In this document: one piece after another, positions 48,274 to 59,300 of the stretch
How the letters are laid out: the number at the start of each line of letters is the position of its first letter
How positions within the stretch are numbered: position 1 is the stretch's first letter
Source of the DNA: a virus
Lineage: Duplodnaviria; Caudoviricetes
Reading direction: 5' to 3' (one strand)
IMG/VR virus record: IMGVR_UViG_3300035101_000015
Span: 64,001 to 128,000 of that record
DNA length: 64,000 bases
Made by a program: the position numbers and the translations under genes
The notes under the pieces: model-generated
The model's input: only the letters and a program-made list of their open reading frames with translations
What the model was told of the DNA's origin: nothing
Databases searched by the model: none

Positions 48274-49230
48274 GTGCAGCAGAACATGATTTCGATTGCC
48301 AACGCGCCGCGCGACCTCGCGGCCCTGACTCAGCTCAAGCGTCGTCAGCTCTACCTGCTGGCAACCAACCTGAAGCTGTTGAACGACGAGCAGCGGGAGT
48401 CGGCGTTCCTCGCCATGAGTCCCGAGCAGCAGGCAGGCACCGTCCTCCAGGGCCTCCAGGCCATGGATGCAGCCGGTGGTGCCCCGATGGAGGTAGCTCC
48501 GGCAGCACAGCCACAGGTCGCCCCGGCGGCGGTCCCAGTGGCTGCAGCTCCGCCCCAGGCTCCTGCACCTGTAGCACCAGCTCCGGCGGCCCCGGCCATA
48601 CCCCCTGCAGGGTATGCGCCAGCTCCGATGGCCCCACCACCCGCACAGCCGGTCGCGGCGCCGCCCCCACCGCAGATGCCAGCTCCGATGGCTCCTCAGC
48701 CTCCCCAGGCACCTGCCGCTCCACCGATGCCCATGGCTCCACAGGCGCCCCCACCGGCTCCTGCAGCGCCTGTGGCCGCACCACCGATGCCTCCACAGCC
48801 GGTGGCACCTCCTCCGCCCCAGGCACCGCCCCCGATGGCCCCTCAGCCTGTGGCAGCTCCGCCGGCCCCTGCGCCTGTACCCATGGCTCCACAGGCAGCA
48901 CCCCCAGCCGCCATGCCTCCGAGGACCCCACAGACTGCCACCGACCCAGGTGCCAGTGCGGGAGGGCCCGCTCCGCAGCTTCAGCAGCTCGTGGGCATCC
49001 TGACGAAGATGAACGCTGGACAGGAGGCCATGGCGAAGGGCCTCGATGGCCTGAGCAAGAACGTCAACGGCTCCGTCCTGCTTCAGCGGGTCATCCTCCA
49101 AATCCTACTCACGCTCGCAGAGCTGCAGGGGATGGACCAGGATGCACTCATCAAGCAGGTGAAGCTGGGTGACGCCGACGCCGTCGAGAAGTTCATCGCC
49201 GCGCTGGGAACCAGCCAGGGAAAATCCTGA
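48274..49230 (+). CDS. Pro/Ala-rich hypothetical protein
   Basis: GGAG RBS before the GTG at 48274; long PAP/PPQ low-complexity core. Confidence 0.65.
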   Translation: MQQNMISIANAPRDLAALTQLKRRQLYLLATNLKLLNDEQRESAFLAMSPEQQAGTVLQGLQAMDAAGGAPMEVAPAAQPQVAPAAVPVAAAPPQAPAPVAPAPAAPAIPPAGYAPAPMAPPPAQPVAAPPPPQMPAPMAPQPPQAPAAPPMPMAPQAPPPAPAAPVAAPPMPPQPVAPPPPQAPPPMAPQPVAAPPAPAPVPMAPQAAPPAAMPPRTPQTATDPGASAGGPAPQLQQLVGILTKMNAGQEAMAKGLDGLSKNVNGSVLLQRVILQILLTLAELQGMDQDALIKQVKLGDADAVEKFIAALGTSQGKS

Positions 49231-49421
49231 GCCGCATCTGGCCTGGGGCAGTACTACCCAAGGCTGATGAGCTGGTTCAGGTCAGCTCTCCCGGGGAGGC
49301 CGCCGCGTGCGGTCTCCCCGTGAGCAAGCGAGGAATCGGAGAGCACGCGTACGATGTGCCCACCTAGCCCGTCGTGGGGATTGGGCTCGAGGTAGCGGAA
49401 CGCGTCGTGTAGGAGGTCACC

Positions 49422-49829
49422 ATGGATGTCACGCACGATTGCGAGCTTGCAGCCATTGCCGCCAGGGAACCCTGGAGGCAGAGGGTGGGCTACCCGAACA
49501 CGGTCGACGACCCGCTCTGGTCCCCCGAAGAGCACGAAGAGTGCGACGGGGAGCTGGAGCAGGAGGAGGGCGCCAAGTACTGGTGCTGCTCCAAGTGCGG
49601 CTACATCGGCTGGTCAACTTCCGGCAAGCACTATCCGATTCTTCACCCGAGGGAGTTCTTCGAGTGGTGCAGGGAGTTCTTCTTGATGAGCCGGCGTGAA
49701 GACACCGAGCTCACAGAAGAGGAAATCTCCGACCAGATGCTCTTCCTCATGGGCGTTGTGCTCAAGCACGCGTCCACGAAGAAGCCCGAAGAGATTCGGG
49801 ACTTCGTAGAGCGAATAGCCGCCCTCTGA
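49422..49829 (+). CDS. Hypothetical zinc-finger protein
   Basis: AGGAGG RBS; HEEC...CSKCG. Confidence 0.65.
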   Translation: MDVTHDCELAAIAAREPWRQRVGYPNTVDDPLWSPEEHEECDGELEQEEGAKYWCCSKCGYIGWSTSGKHYPILHPREFFEWCREFFLMSRREDTELTEEEISDQMLFLMGVVLKHASTKKPEEIRDFVERIAAL

Positions 49830-49834
49830 TGGCG

Positions 49835-49860
49835 GGGAGGGGCTCGGGACCCTCCCTTTT
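49835..49860 (+). terminator. Intrinsic terminator
   Basis: GGGAGGG/CCCTCCC stem followed by TTTT at the convergence point. Confidence 0.55.
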
Positions 49861-50266
49861 AGCCCCTCTTCTTTCGGATGCGCACACCAGTCATTCTGGG
49901 AGCTCGAGGTGTACTTCCTGTCAGCACACGCCTGCCCTTCAGCACACCAGTTGTGCCAGTCACCGGGGCAGACGCTGGTGTGACCCTGCGGGTAGGCTTG
50001 ACACCAGATGTCGTCGAGTAGCGACCTAGCCGACCAGTGATGGCACTTGTAGTCTGCGTCACAGGAATGAATGGACGCAGTGCAAACCTCGAGGGCTTCT
50101 GACCCGTACCCTGTGGTGAGAAACTCGGACCTGGCAAGTCGAGAATCTCCGGTGGGGGTGTGGGTCCTGGGGGTACGGGCGGTACGTAGGTCTGATAGGG
50201 TCCATACCCAAACGTCACTGTGAGCGGCCCAAATGGGATGCTCGTCCTAGCAACGAAACCAATCAC
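49859..50266 (-). CDS. Hypothetical protein
   Basis: Coupled ORF at the end of the tail block. Confidence 0.45.
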   Translation of the reverse strand: MIGFVARTSIPFGPLTVTFGYGPYQTYVPPVPPGPTPPPEILDLPGPSFSPQGTGQKPSRFALRPFIPVTQTTSAITGRLGRYSTTSGVKPTRRVTPASAPVTGTTGVLKGRRVLTGSTPRAPRMTGVRIRKKRG

Positions 50267-50775
50267 GTTGCAGCCCCACGACGGGCAGGTACGTTGGGCT
50301 GCGGGTTGATACCGTTGCCGTACTCGTCACGAATCTCCCACGTCTTCAACGGAGTGGTGTTGTCATCATCGAATAGAACGAGCTGGCCTGGATTGCCTGA
50401 CGTTTGCTCCATGCGATTGGTAGCCAACTTCCGTAGGAGCTCAGAGTTCGTCCCCAGCGTGTCGATGTCCTCCTGCGTCACCTTGATGGGCTTCGTACCA
50501 GAAGCATTGAGTAGTGGAGCTGAGTCACTCACCTGAATGTAGGCAGAGTAGGTATCTGGACCGTACGTAGTGAAGAACGACCCGGGGATGTCGAAGTAGT
50601 AGAGCCCTGGCCGCTGCGTACTCTCCGAAACGGTGGCAGAGACTGAGGCAGAGTCATCCGGTGCAACTGTGGTTATGGTGAACTTGTCGGAGGTGAGTCC
50701 AGTCCTCGGTGTACCGTCGCTGGCGACCACACCGAACCATACCCGTAGGCTGCTTCCAACAACTCCCCAGTACAT
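50263..50775 (-). CDS. Putative tail-associated protein
   Basis: Ig-like beta-rich N-terminus (PGLYYF). Confidence 0.55.
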   Translation of the reverse strand: MYWGVVGSSLRVWFGVVASDGTPRTGLTSDKFTITTVAPDDSASVSATVSESTQRPGLYYFDIPGSFFTTYGPDTYSAYIQVSDSAPLLNASGTKPIKVTQEDIDTLGTNSELLRKLATNRMEQTSGNPGQLVLFDDDNTTPLKTWEIRDEYGNGINPQPNVPARRGAAT

Positions 50776-51161
50776 CAGACGATGGCTCCTTGACCCTTCG
50801 AGGCATCGATGAGGCCAGCGCTGTTGTTGGTGATGAGACTCACGCTGTTCTGTACCTTCACGTCAGCGATGTTGTGGTTGGCACCATACGATATGACGGT
50901 GTAGCTCCCATCCTCGAACTCTACGGTGTAGGGAGACAGAATCTCCACGAACCTGGCGTAGGTCACACCGGAGAGCACCTTCTCGGTACTGTGTCGATGA
51001 GTGTCCGGGAAGGGCATACCCTCCACATCATCCTCGAGCTTCTTCAACTCAAGACGAAACCAGTTGACGTCGAAGTTGTAGAAGCCCCCGCCGAGGTCCA
51101 CGAGGTCGGCCTGGGGAACGTGAATGACGTTCGTGTTGCCCCAGTCAACGCTGATTGCCAC
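50775..51161 (-). CDS. Putative structural protein
   Basis: GGAGG RBS with GTG start; 128 aa. Confidence 0.6.
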   Translation of the reverse strand: MAISVDWGNTNVIHVPQADLVDLGGGFYNFDVNWFRLELKKLEDDVEGMPFPDTHRHSTEKVLSGVTYARFVEILSPYTVEFEDGSYTVISYGANHNIADVKVQNSVSLITNNSAGLIDASKGQGAIV

Positions 51162-51597
51162 CCTCCAACTCCTTGATTCGTTTCTTCGCAGCCCTGAGCT
51201 CAGTGTGGAGCTCTACGATTCGCTCCTGCAGCTCCTGCTCGTTGCCGTTGGTACGCGTTAGGTGGTTCTGTAGTACCTCATTCTGGTCAGCAACCTTCTG
51301 CTTGAGCTGCGTGATTTGCTTCTCCTTCGACCTTAGCAGGTCCCATGCCGAGAAGAGCTGCTGCTGTGCTACATCAGCCGCGTGGTTCATGGAGCTGGAT
51401 AGTTTCGATAGGTAGGAAATCTTCCTATCGTCTGGCCATTCCTGGAACTTCTCACCCCATTGCAGAGTGGCGATGTTGCTTTCCATGCCCGGCAGACGCT
51501 TCAAGGACTTCAACTGTCCAAGCGTGTCTGGCTCAAAGTCTGGGTAGCCCAGAATCTCGGTTGCAGCAGGTACTTCAGAATCCTTGGGCTCAGTCAT
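51145..51597 (-). CDS. Coiled-coil hypothetical protein
   Basis: 150-aa heptad-rich ORF. Confidence 0.6.
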   Translation of the reverse strand: MTEPKDSEVPAATEILGYPDFEPDTLGQLKSLKRLPGMESNIATLQWGEKFQEWPDDRKISYLSKLSSSMNHAADVAQQQLFSAWDLLRSKEKQITQLKQKVADQNEVLQNHLTRTNGNEQELQERIVELHTELRAAKKRIKELEGGNQR

Positions 51598-53404
51598 CTC
51601 TCACCATCTGAACGACCTTCGTCAGGCCATTCACGTTGTCCACGGTGTCGGTGAAGCGTACCGCCTTGTAGAGAGGACTTCCAGTACTCTTGCGCACGCG
51701 TCCCAAGACCGGCTGGTCCACCGTGAAGGACCGCGTAGCTTGAATCTCCCCATTCACATCGGTCAGCCCCTCCAGCACAGCCCCTGTACTGGTGATGGTC
51801 CCGGTGGCAGGTGTAGCTGGCGTGCCAGTCACCGCGTACGTGTAGGCGTTCACCCCCGTAACCGTAATCTGAAAGACGCCGTTGTACTCCTGCTGGTCTG
51901 CACCTCTAACGACCACCTTGTCGTTGGTCACTAGGCCATGTGCGGTGTGCGCTACGGTAGCTGTCGAGCCAGAGCGGGTGATGGTGACGCTTTCCTCATA
52001 GGGCAGGTCACCTGTGCCGTCCGCAGCCTCTACCAACACACGAGCATTCTGCAGGTCTGAGTCGTTCTCGTCCCTCACATTGATGAGCGTCGTCACCGGG
52101 TCGATGACGATGTTCACCGTCGCCCCGGCGCTCTTGTAGCTGAAGTTCCCAGTGCCGCCGACGATGTTGATGGTCACAGTGCCACTGGTACGTGCGACGT
52201 AGAACGTCGAGTCGTTCTGCGCATTGCTGGCATTGAAGCCACTGGTGGTCATGCCTCTCAGTGTGATGGATGTAGGCGACGACGTACCGAACTCGATGGC
52301 GTGGTGTGCGTTCGTCCCCTTGCTGAACGTCATGTCGTCCAAGTAGCCATCGGGGTCGGTAGCCACGTTCCACACCAGCGCCGAGGCGTCAGCAGCCACC
52401 GTAGGCGTGAGCACAAAAGAACCGGTCATGTCGGTTCCTGGTGCCGTGATGGCGTTGCAGCCGGTGAAGATGCTGTTGCTACATTCGCTAGTCGACAGGA
52501 ACGTAAACGTGTTCATGCCAGTGAACTGGCACCTCTTCGCCGTGAACGTCCCCGCTGTGACAACGAGCGTCCCCCTGCTCGTCGTGCCGAGAGAGCGAAT
52601 CTGGTAGTTGGTCCATTCGACGTTGCTGCTGGCGTTGACAACCTCAAAGCGGTTGAAGGCCGACGTGACCTTCAACGTATCGAGGATGTTGATGACTCGG
52701 TCAGAGTCTCGCCAGTCGACCGCTGTGGATACGGTCCCCATTTGCAGGAAACCCTGGAACAGGTACGTACCCTTGATTTCCTGCAACAACCCCCATCGAT
52801 TGGTGCTGCTGTTCGCCGTGGCCTCGCATCCAGCAAGCGTGGCGTAGTTGGCCGCCTCACCAGCCGTCGCGTCGATGCGACACCGACCGTAGCGCATCGC
52901 GTCGATGGCCCACGGAGAGCCCTTCGTTGGGCCGCCAGTGGGAAGACTGGCTTGGCCGCCAAAGTACTGCAGCGTCGCACCAGGAGTGCCTGTCGTGGCA
53001 TCCTGTGCCACCGTCGGGTTGACTGGATAGGGATTCCAAAGACCGAAGACTTCGGTGTCCGACCCACCGACGTACCACTGCTTGTAGTCGCCGGAACCAG
53101 ACCCAATCAGAAGTTGGATACCACCACTCGCACGAGCGGCGACCGAGTTCATGGTCGCGTGCGCCAGGAACATGATGACGGCGCCATCGGTCGGGACAGT
53201 AATCCCAGAGCCGTAGTTGTAAATCATGCCCCTGGTTGCACTCGCCCAAGCGTTCTTGGAGATGCAGTTGTTGCCCTGGATGTAGTAGTCCGTCTCAGGC
53301 GCGTTCAGACCAGCAGGCCCACCTCCGAGCGCTGTCCACCCAGTGGTACTAGCGAACTCGATTTGGATGGTCGAGAGGTCCGTGACATAGGACGGAGCCG
53401 CCAT
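51590..53404 (-). CDS. Putative tail fibre/spike structural protein
   Basis: 604 aa; Thr/Gly-rich, beta-helix-like, with TVAHTAHGL...YNG motif. Confidence 0.6.
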   Translation of the reverse strand: MAAPSYVTDLSTIQIEFASTTGWTALGGGPAGLNAPETDYYIQGNNCISKNAWASATRGMIYNYGSGITVPTDGAVIMFLAHATMNSVAARASGGIQLLIGSGSGDYKQWYVGGSDTEVFGLWNPYPVNPTVAQDATTGTPGATLQYFGGQASLPTGGPTKGSPWAIDAMRYGRCRIDATAGEAANYATLAGCEATANSSTNRWGLLQEIKGTYLFQGFLQMGTVSTAVDWRDSDRVINILDTLKVTSAFNRFEVVNASSNVEWTNYQIRSLGTTSRGTLVVTAGTFTAKRCQFTGMNTFTFLSTSECSNSIFTGCNAITAPGTDMTGSFVLTPTVAADASALVWNVATDPDGYLDDMTFSKGTNAHHAIEFGTSSPTSITLRGMTTSGFNASNAQNDSTFYVARTSGTVTINIVGGTGNFSYKSAGATVNIVIDPVTTLINVRDENDSDLQNARVLVEAADGTGDLPYEESVTITRSGSTATVAHTAHGLVTNDKVVVRGADQQEYNGVFQITVTGVNAYTYAVTGTPATPATGTITSTGAVLEGLTDVNGEIQATRSFTVDQPVLGRVRKSTGSPLYKAVRFTDTVDNVNGLTKVVQMVRDD

Positions 53405-53421
53405 ACAGATTCACCAAGATG

Positions 53422-55818
53422 CTACGCATCGCTCTGCCGAATCGCTGCGACTGAAGCGTTCGAGGAGCCGAAGACTGCATTGGCCTCAAAGGTCTTGATG
53501 GGAGTGGACCCACCATCACGAACTCGAACGAAGAGGTTGCGGTCCGACTGGTAGACGCCTGTGAAGCCTTCGCTGGAACCGTTGGCGAGCACATCCACGT
53601 AGGCCAGGAAGACATCGTTGTCGACGTTCGCCGGGTCTCCGCTGTAGCTTGTGGATGGAATGGTGAAGGTACTACCAGTCCACGACACGTAGTCCTGCCG
53701 CTTGTAGATACCACTGTTGAGCTGTACGCGCAGACGGCTGTTGTTGGGGTCCTGACCATTGGAGGGTGTGTCACCCGCAATGGGCACCGCCTCTGCACCA
53801 GTCTTGACCACCACTGAAGTCTCAGTTCCGCCGCTGAGCGCAGTGCTGAGCAGCCACTGACCCTTCTCCAACGCCGAGCCAGTACGTGGGCCCACCAGCA
53901 CACGGTCCTCTCCACTCACCAGACCGGTCACCGTGAACGTGACGTTGTTGGGTGGGATGCGCAGGGTACCTGTCAGGTCAGTGAACTTGTCCTGAGCACC
54001 GACATCGTTCGGGTCGAAGCCAACACCAAAGGCGCCGATGATGTTCGTACCGGTGGACTGACCGATGGAGGGAGTGGAGACGGTACGTGGGGTAGGTGCT
54101 CCATTCACCAATGCTTCAGCGGTAGAACCACGCTCGTAGATAGGCAGGTCATCCACTGGAGCGGAGCCGGCCAAGCGCTGAATCCAGATGGTTCCTGTCA
54201 GTCCCTGGTCGTCAACAGCGAGCATGCGCCCTTCACCACCAGCCTTGTCATCATCAGTGATGGTGGCGTTGATTTTCGCAGTTGCCCCGGAACTGAGTCC
54301 GGTGATGTCATCATTGTCCGCCAGGATACTCCCGGCGATGTTCTCCAGAGCGACGATGAGCGTACCGGCGGTCCAGTAGAGCACCTTACCGGCATTCTTG
54401 ATGGTACCACCACCATCCGGCTCGAAGGTGACGTATTCACCAACGACGAATGAACCAGACTCGTTGTCAGTAGCGAGCTCAGTGCCCCAGTACAGCACGG
54501 CGTTCTCAGTGAACGGGCCATTCTGCTCGCCGTCATAGTCAAACTCGTGGGTGATGCCACGGAAGGTCTCACCAGCCTGCCCGTAGAACAGCGGGCTTCC
54601 TTTGACGGTGAACCATAGGTCACTGCCCGCACTGCCTGTCCAACCACCACTGTCCTCTGCGCGGTTGCCAGTGTGAGCACCTGCTGCAGCTCCATCGACA
54701 TGGACGTAGTCTGTGGCAGTCCCATCAGCATGACGGACAACGATGAAGTAGGCGTTGCCTGCCGTCAGCGTGATGTTGTCGTTGAAGCGGAAGACGACCT
54801 CCTGGTAGGTGGAGCTCAGTAGAGAGGTCAGCACAGGCTCAGAAGTAGCCAGCGCGGACCCCGTAGGCGCACCAGGAGTGGCATCATCGGAGTCGTAGAG
54901 CTCCGCCACCATGGTGCCTGTCGGAGAGCCAGCGCCAACCTTGAGGCGGAAGCGAGCCTCTACCAGCTTCTCGGAGATGGTAGCGTGCGGGTCGAACTCC
55001 TGGCCCTGACCAGTAATGGTCGCGTTGTCGACGACGTAGTCAGTGCCTGTATCCGTTCCATTGTCGACGATGTGAGCACGCTGAGTCTTCTGCTTGTTCC
55101 ACTCATAGGTATCGTTGAGGCTCTGGCTGCCCTTATCGTACTGCGAGTAGTAGGGCTCACCAGTGCCATCACCATCGATGTCGATGAGCTGGTAGCCCTC
55201 AGTATTGGCGATGGTCGTCCAGCCCTCGATGGTGCTGTCTGAGCTGTTGTTGTTGATGTCGTCGACCGTTGAGATGGCCGAGACGGATACACCAAGACCG
55301 AGGGTGACCGAGAACTCCGCGTAGGTGTCACCAAGCTCTCGCGCCATTGTCAGAACACGCTTGCCGTCGATGTCCGCTCCACCCTCACGCGTCTTGATGA
55401 GGAACTGGGAGATGATGTTCTGCGCGGGCACAGCGTTGATGCCAGTGCCCCAGAAGGGCACCAGTACCTTGTCATCCTGGACCACTATGATTTCGGTTCC
55501 GGACTGCACCGTACCCACGATTTGCAACCCGGAGTACTGCGTGTTCCCTCCATCCTGCGTGATGCTGCAGTCATAGAGGTGCATCGCGACGGTATCGTCG
55601 ATGTTGTAGGGCGAGTTCAGCGAGAAAATCTTGTCAGTGGAGCGCTCGGATGGCGTGTCGCTCGTGATGTCGATGAGGTCATCGCCAGATGCCTGGGCGT
55701 CATCAGCGAGGTCCTGCAGCCACCTGTGAAGCTGAAGCCCCGTGTAGTACGTCGAAGCTCCACCGGTCCATCGGATGTTGCCACTGGAGTCAACAGAGAT
55801 GTCGTCACCGATTGCCAT
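53422..55818 (-). CDS. Putative virion structural (tail) protein
   Basis: 798 aa; beta-rich, acidic, Gly/Thr-rich. Confidence 0.6.
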   Translation of the reverse strand: MAIGDDISVDSSGNIRWTGGASTYYTGLQLHRWLQDLADDAQASGDDLIDITSDTPSERSTDKIFSLNSPYNIDDTVAMHLYDCSITQDGGNTQYSGLQIVGTVQSGTEIIVVQDDKVLVPFWGTGINAVPAQNIISQFLIKTREGGADIDGKRVLTMARELGDTYAEFSVTLGLGVSVSAISTVDDINNNSSDSTIEGWTTIANTEGYQLIDIDGDGTGEPYYSQYDKGSQSLNDTYEWNKQKTQRAHIVDNGTDTGTDYVVDNATITGQGQEFDPHATISEKLVEARFRLKVGAGSPTGTMVAELYDSDDATPGAPTGSALATSEPVLTSLLSSTYQEVVFRFNDNITLTAGNAYFIVVRHADGTATDYVHVDGAAAGAHTGNRAEDSGGWTGSAGSDLWFTVKGSPLFYGQAGETFRGITHEFDYDGEQNGPFTENAVLYWGTELATDNESGSFVVGEYVTFEPDGGGTIKNAGKVLYWTAGTLIVALENIAGSILADNDDITGLSSGATAKINATITDDDKAGGEGRMLAVDDQGLTGTIWIQRLAGSAPVDDLPIYERGSTAEALVNGAPTPRTVSTPSIGQSTGTNIIGAFGVGFDPNDVGAQDKFTDLTGTLRIPPNNVTFTVTGLVSGEDRVLVGPRTGSALEKGQWLLSTALSGGTETSVVVKTGAEAVPIAGDTPSNGQDPNNSRLRVQLNSGIYKRQDYVSWTGSTFTIPSTSYSGDPANVDNDVFLAYVDVLANGSSEGFTGVYQSDRNLFVRVRDGGSTPIKTFEANAVFGSSNASVAAIRQSDA

Positions 55819-55834
55819 TGTAGTTCCTCTTGCT

Positions 55835-56335
55835 TCACTTCATTGAGCTAACCGCCCAGACGCTCAGTCCGAACACCGTGGCAGCACCGACCGCACCCAC
55901 GATAATACCGAAAGTCCTGGTGTTATACCAAGGCGGGCCCTTGCGGAGCTCACCCTCAAGCTCTGCGCTTTTCTTCTCCACGCGTTCTAGGCGTGTCTGC
56001 AGGTCAAGACGAATCTCCTTGTGGGCGCTCTCCTCGATTTCCAGCAGTCCCTGCCAGTAGTCTCGCTCATTACTCTGCAGACGGCGCGCCGACGTGTAGC
56101 AGAGGTCGAGCTGGAGCCTGTACTGCTCCATGTAGTTCGCCCAGCGCAGCGCAGTGGCAGGGTCGTAGAGCTGGCCGGAGAACGGAGCCTTCTCTCCTTT
56201 GGTGAGTACCACGATGTTGTCGTCACCAGATGGCACGGGCGTGAGCTCGAACCGTGGTACGGGAGGCAGCTCCGGTACCTGTGCGGACAGGAAGGCTGGG
56301 AAGAGGAAGATGAGCAGGAAGACGCGCCAGTTCAT
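55835..56335 (-). CDS. Secreted/membrane coiled-coil protein (spanin-like candidate)
   Basis: N-terminal signal peptide, coiled coil, C-terminal TM segment. Confidence 0.5.
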   Translation of the reverse strand: MNWRVFLLIFLFPAFLSAQVPELPPVPRFELTPVPSGDDNIVVLTKGEKAPFSGQLYDPATALRWANYMEQYRLQLDLCYTSARRLQSNERDYWQGLLEIEESAHKEIRLDLQTRLERVEKKSAELEGELRKGPPWYNTRTFGIIVGAVGAATVFGLSVWAVSSMK

Positions 56336-59300
56336 TGCTTGGCCTCCATCAGCTTGGCGAGCTCGAGCAGCATGGCCACTTTGATGTGCTGCTGTGGGTT
56401 CTTGCCCAGCATAGCCTTCATCATCTCGACCTTCATGGTCATCAGCCCACTAAAGAGCTTCTTGGGGATGTGAGCCCGGTAGGCAGCGATGGCCTCGTCC
56501 CTGTTGTCGAACCCTAGGAAGACCTTGTACTCGTCGAATGTCCCATCTGGCTTCCTCTGGATGGCCCAGAACGCATGCTCAGACTTCTTCTTGGGACCAA
56601 TGAAGACGTCCAGCCCATCATGGTCCCCACCCAGAGTACGGGGGATGTGCCCGTAGTCGTACCGGTAGCGCCGGCTCCAAGGCTTGCCCTTCTCGTCCCG
56701 GCCCATCATCACGAAGCCTCGGGGGCGGTCGACGCTGATGGGGATGCCCTGAAAGTCCAACTTGAACTTCGTGCTGTCGGTACTGGCCGGCTTGCCCTTG
56801 TACAGGCCCGTCGGGGCCGCTGCTGCCTTCTGCTGGACCGGCAGCGGGCGGCGGCGCGGGACAGCCGGCGCCGGGGGCGCGGCCTGCTGTGGGGCGGCCT
56901 GGGCCGCCTGCGGAGCTGCCTGTGCTGGCTGCTGGGCCGGAGCAGGCTGGCCAGCCAAGTGCTGACCCAGGGCGGTGCCGCCCGCTGCCGCCCCGCCGGC
57001 GGCGGCCCCGCCGGCGAGGGCCGCGCCACCGGAGAAGCCCTTGCCGAACTGCCCAGTGTAGAAGCGACGCAGCATGGGGCTCATGAGCGGCTGCTTGCCT
57101 GGGTCGAGCAGGCCGCTTCGGGCGCCCATCGGGTTCGACTCGATGATTTTGAAGCCCCCACCTTTGACCGGAGCAACGTCGAAGGCAAAGGAAGTCCTAC
57201 GGTGCTGCTCAGGCAGCTTGTCTACGATGTCCTGCACATACTTCGACGCCTCGCGCATCTTCTTGCGCCTGAGTAGCGACAGGGGATTGTAGCGAGGAGA
57301 TGCAAGCGACGGGTCCACCTGGCCGGCAAAGGAGTGGACACGAATCTCCTCCGAGGCTGGGTTGCCGACGAGCTTCGACGCCAGCCGACCGAGCACTCCG
57401 GGGCGCTCGAACTGGACCTTCTTCTGGCTCAGCGCAGCCTTCGGGTTGCGCATGATGTCCTCGAGCACGCGTCCAGCGTAGGCAGGGTCCTTCTTCGCAG
57501 CGGTGTAGAACTTGTCCCAGTCGGACGACTGAGCGAACTCCCCTCCTTGTGCGCGCAGCTTGGCACGCAGCTTCTTGGACTCGCCTTTGGAGTAGTCACG
57601 CCAGAGCCTAGCGAAGTCGTCCGACTCCATTGGGAATTTGCCACTGGCCTGAGCTCCGCCTACGTCCTTGAGGACGAATCCGCCTTTCCCGTACTGCTTC
57701 TGCAGCCGTTGCTGCAGCTTACCTACGAACTCCTCCTGCTGCTTCATTCCTCGAGGAGGCTTCTTCAACCCCATCTCCTTGAGGATGGACCTGACGTGGT
57801 CGCTCACACCTGCACTTTCAGGAAGGGCTCCAGGTGCATGGCGCTGAAAGTATTGATACTCCTTCAGCTTATTCTCACCGATGAGCTCATTGAGGCGAGA
57901 TGCTGCACGCGTGCTGTGTGGGTCCGGTGTCGTAGCGCTACGCACCCAGGCAGTCTCTGTCTCAGGGTCGAAGTGATGAACTGCAGCTCGCACCTTCTTC
58001 GGGCGCTTTGGCTGGGCACCACCGGTGTAGACCATCTCATCAGCACTGTGACGGATGCGGTCGATGAAGCGCCTCGCACGACCCTTTGGCGCCTTCTCAG
58101 ACACCGAGCGCACGAACTTCCCACCCGAGCCCTCTTGAATCTTCCGCAGGAAGGGGTCCGCACTGAAGCGCTTCTTGCGCATCGCCGCGTAGATGAGAGG
58201 AGCTGCAGCGGCTGCCGTACCCAGACCAGCAAGCAGCGGAGCCTTGCTCCTCCTACGCTTCTCTCCCTCCTCCTTGGCCACCTTCGCCATTGCGGTCTTC
58301 ACGTCCGGTGGGATGTCCTGGTCGAGGTGGAAGCTCTTGAAAGCTGGAGCTCTGGGGGCGTAGTGCATCGGTGCTCTCTGCATTGTAACCCGCGCCTGCA
58401 ATCCCTCATACTTCGAGGGGTTCTGGAGCATGTCCTTCTTCATTGCGTGGGACATACCAGTCCCTACGCGTCCAATCACCGGGCCACCCTTGGTGTAGGA
58501 GAACTCGAAACCCCCGGCCATCGTGCCTTGGCGCTTCGTGCCCCTCTCGGGGAAGACGGAGCGCACGAACACATCCTTCTCTGCCTTGAACTTCGCCTTG
58601 ACCGGTGTTGGCTTGTCCCGATGCCACTCGACCACACCCTCCTCAGTGGAGGGCTCGCGGCCTGCCTCGATGTCCGCAATCAGCTTCCGCTTCGCGGCGG
58701 GTGTACTAGCAGTCCTAGGCCGAGATAGCCACGGAGCTGCTCCCACTGCTTGCGCGAGAAGTTCTCGCTTCTGAGCGTATGGCAAACCCTCGACGTCCTT
58801 GCCTTTGAAGCGCGTGACGTCGAAGGCGACTGGGACGAGCCGCCCTTCTTGCTTCTGTTTCTCACGGCTCTTCCACACTCCTGCATTCAGAATACCGCCG
58901 ACTCGAGCAGCCGGCAGAGCCTTTCCCCTATCATCCACGGCATAGAGCTCTCCTCTCAGAATGGTGTCCTTGAGCCCAGACGGAGTCTTGCGCTTGTGGA
59001 AGCCTGGCAGCTTCTGCGTGTGGTCGATGACCCCAGAGGCTCTCTCCGTCGGGCGGTAGCTGAAGACGCGTGGAGTGGTTCCTGGAGACTTGAACTGGTA
59101 CAGAACGTGGGCACCATCAATCTTCGCCTGTAGCTCGGTGTTTGGGTCATCGGTGTTGAGCTGTCCAACGCCACGCTCCTTGTACTTCGGCTTGCTCGAG
59201 GGAAGTAGCTGACTGGGGCCTGCCTTTCTGGACGGTGTGACGTTCTGCACCATCCAGTCACCACCTTTGGTACGCCTCAGAGCGAACTCCTGGTTCTCCT

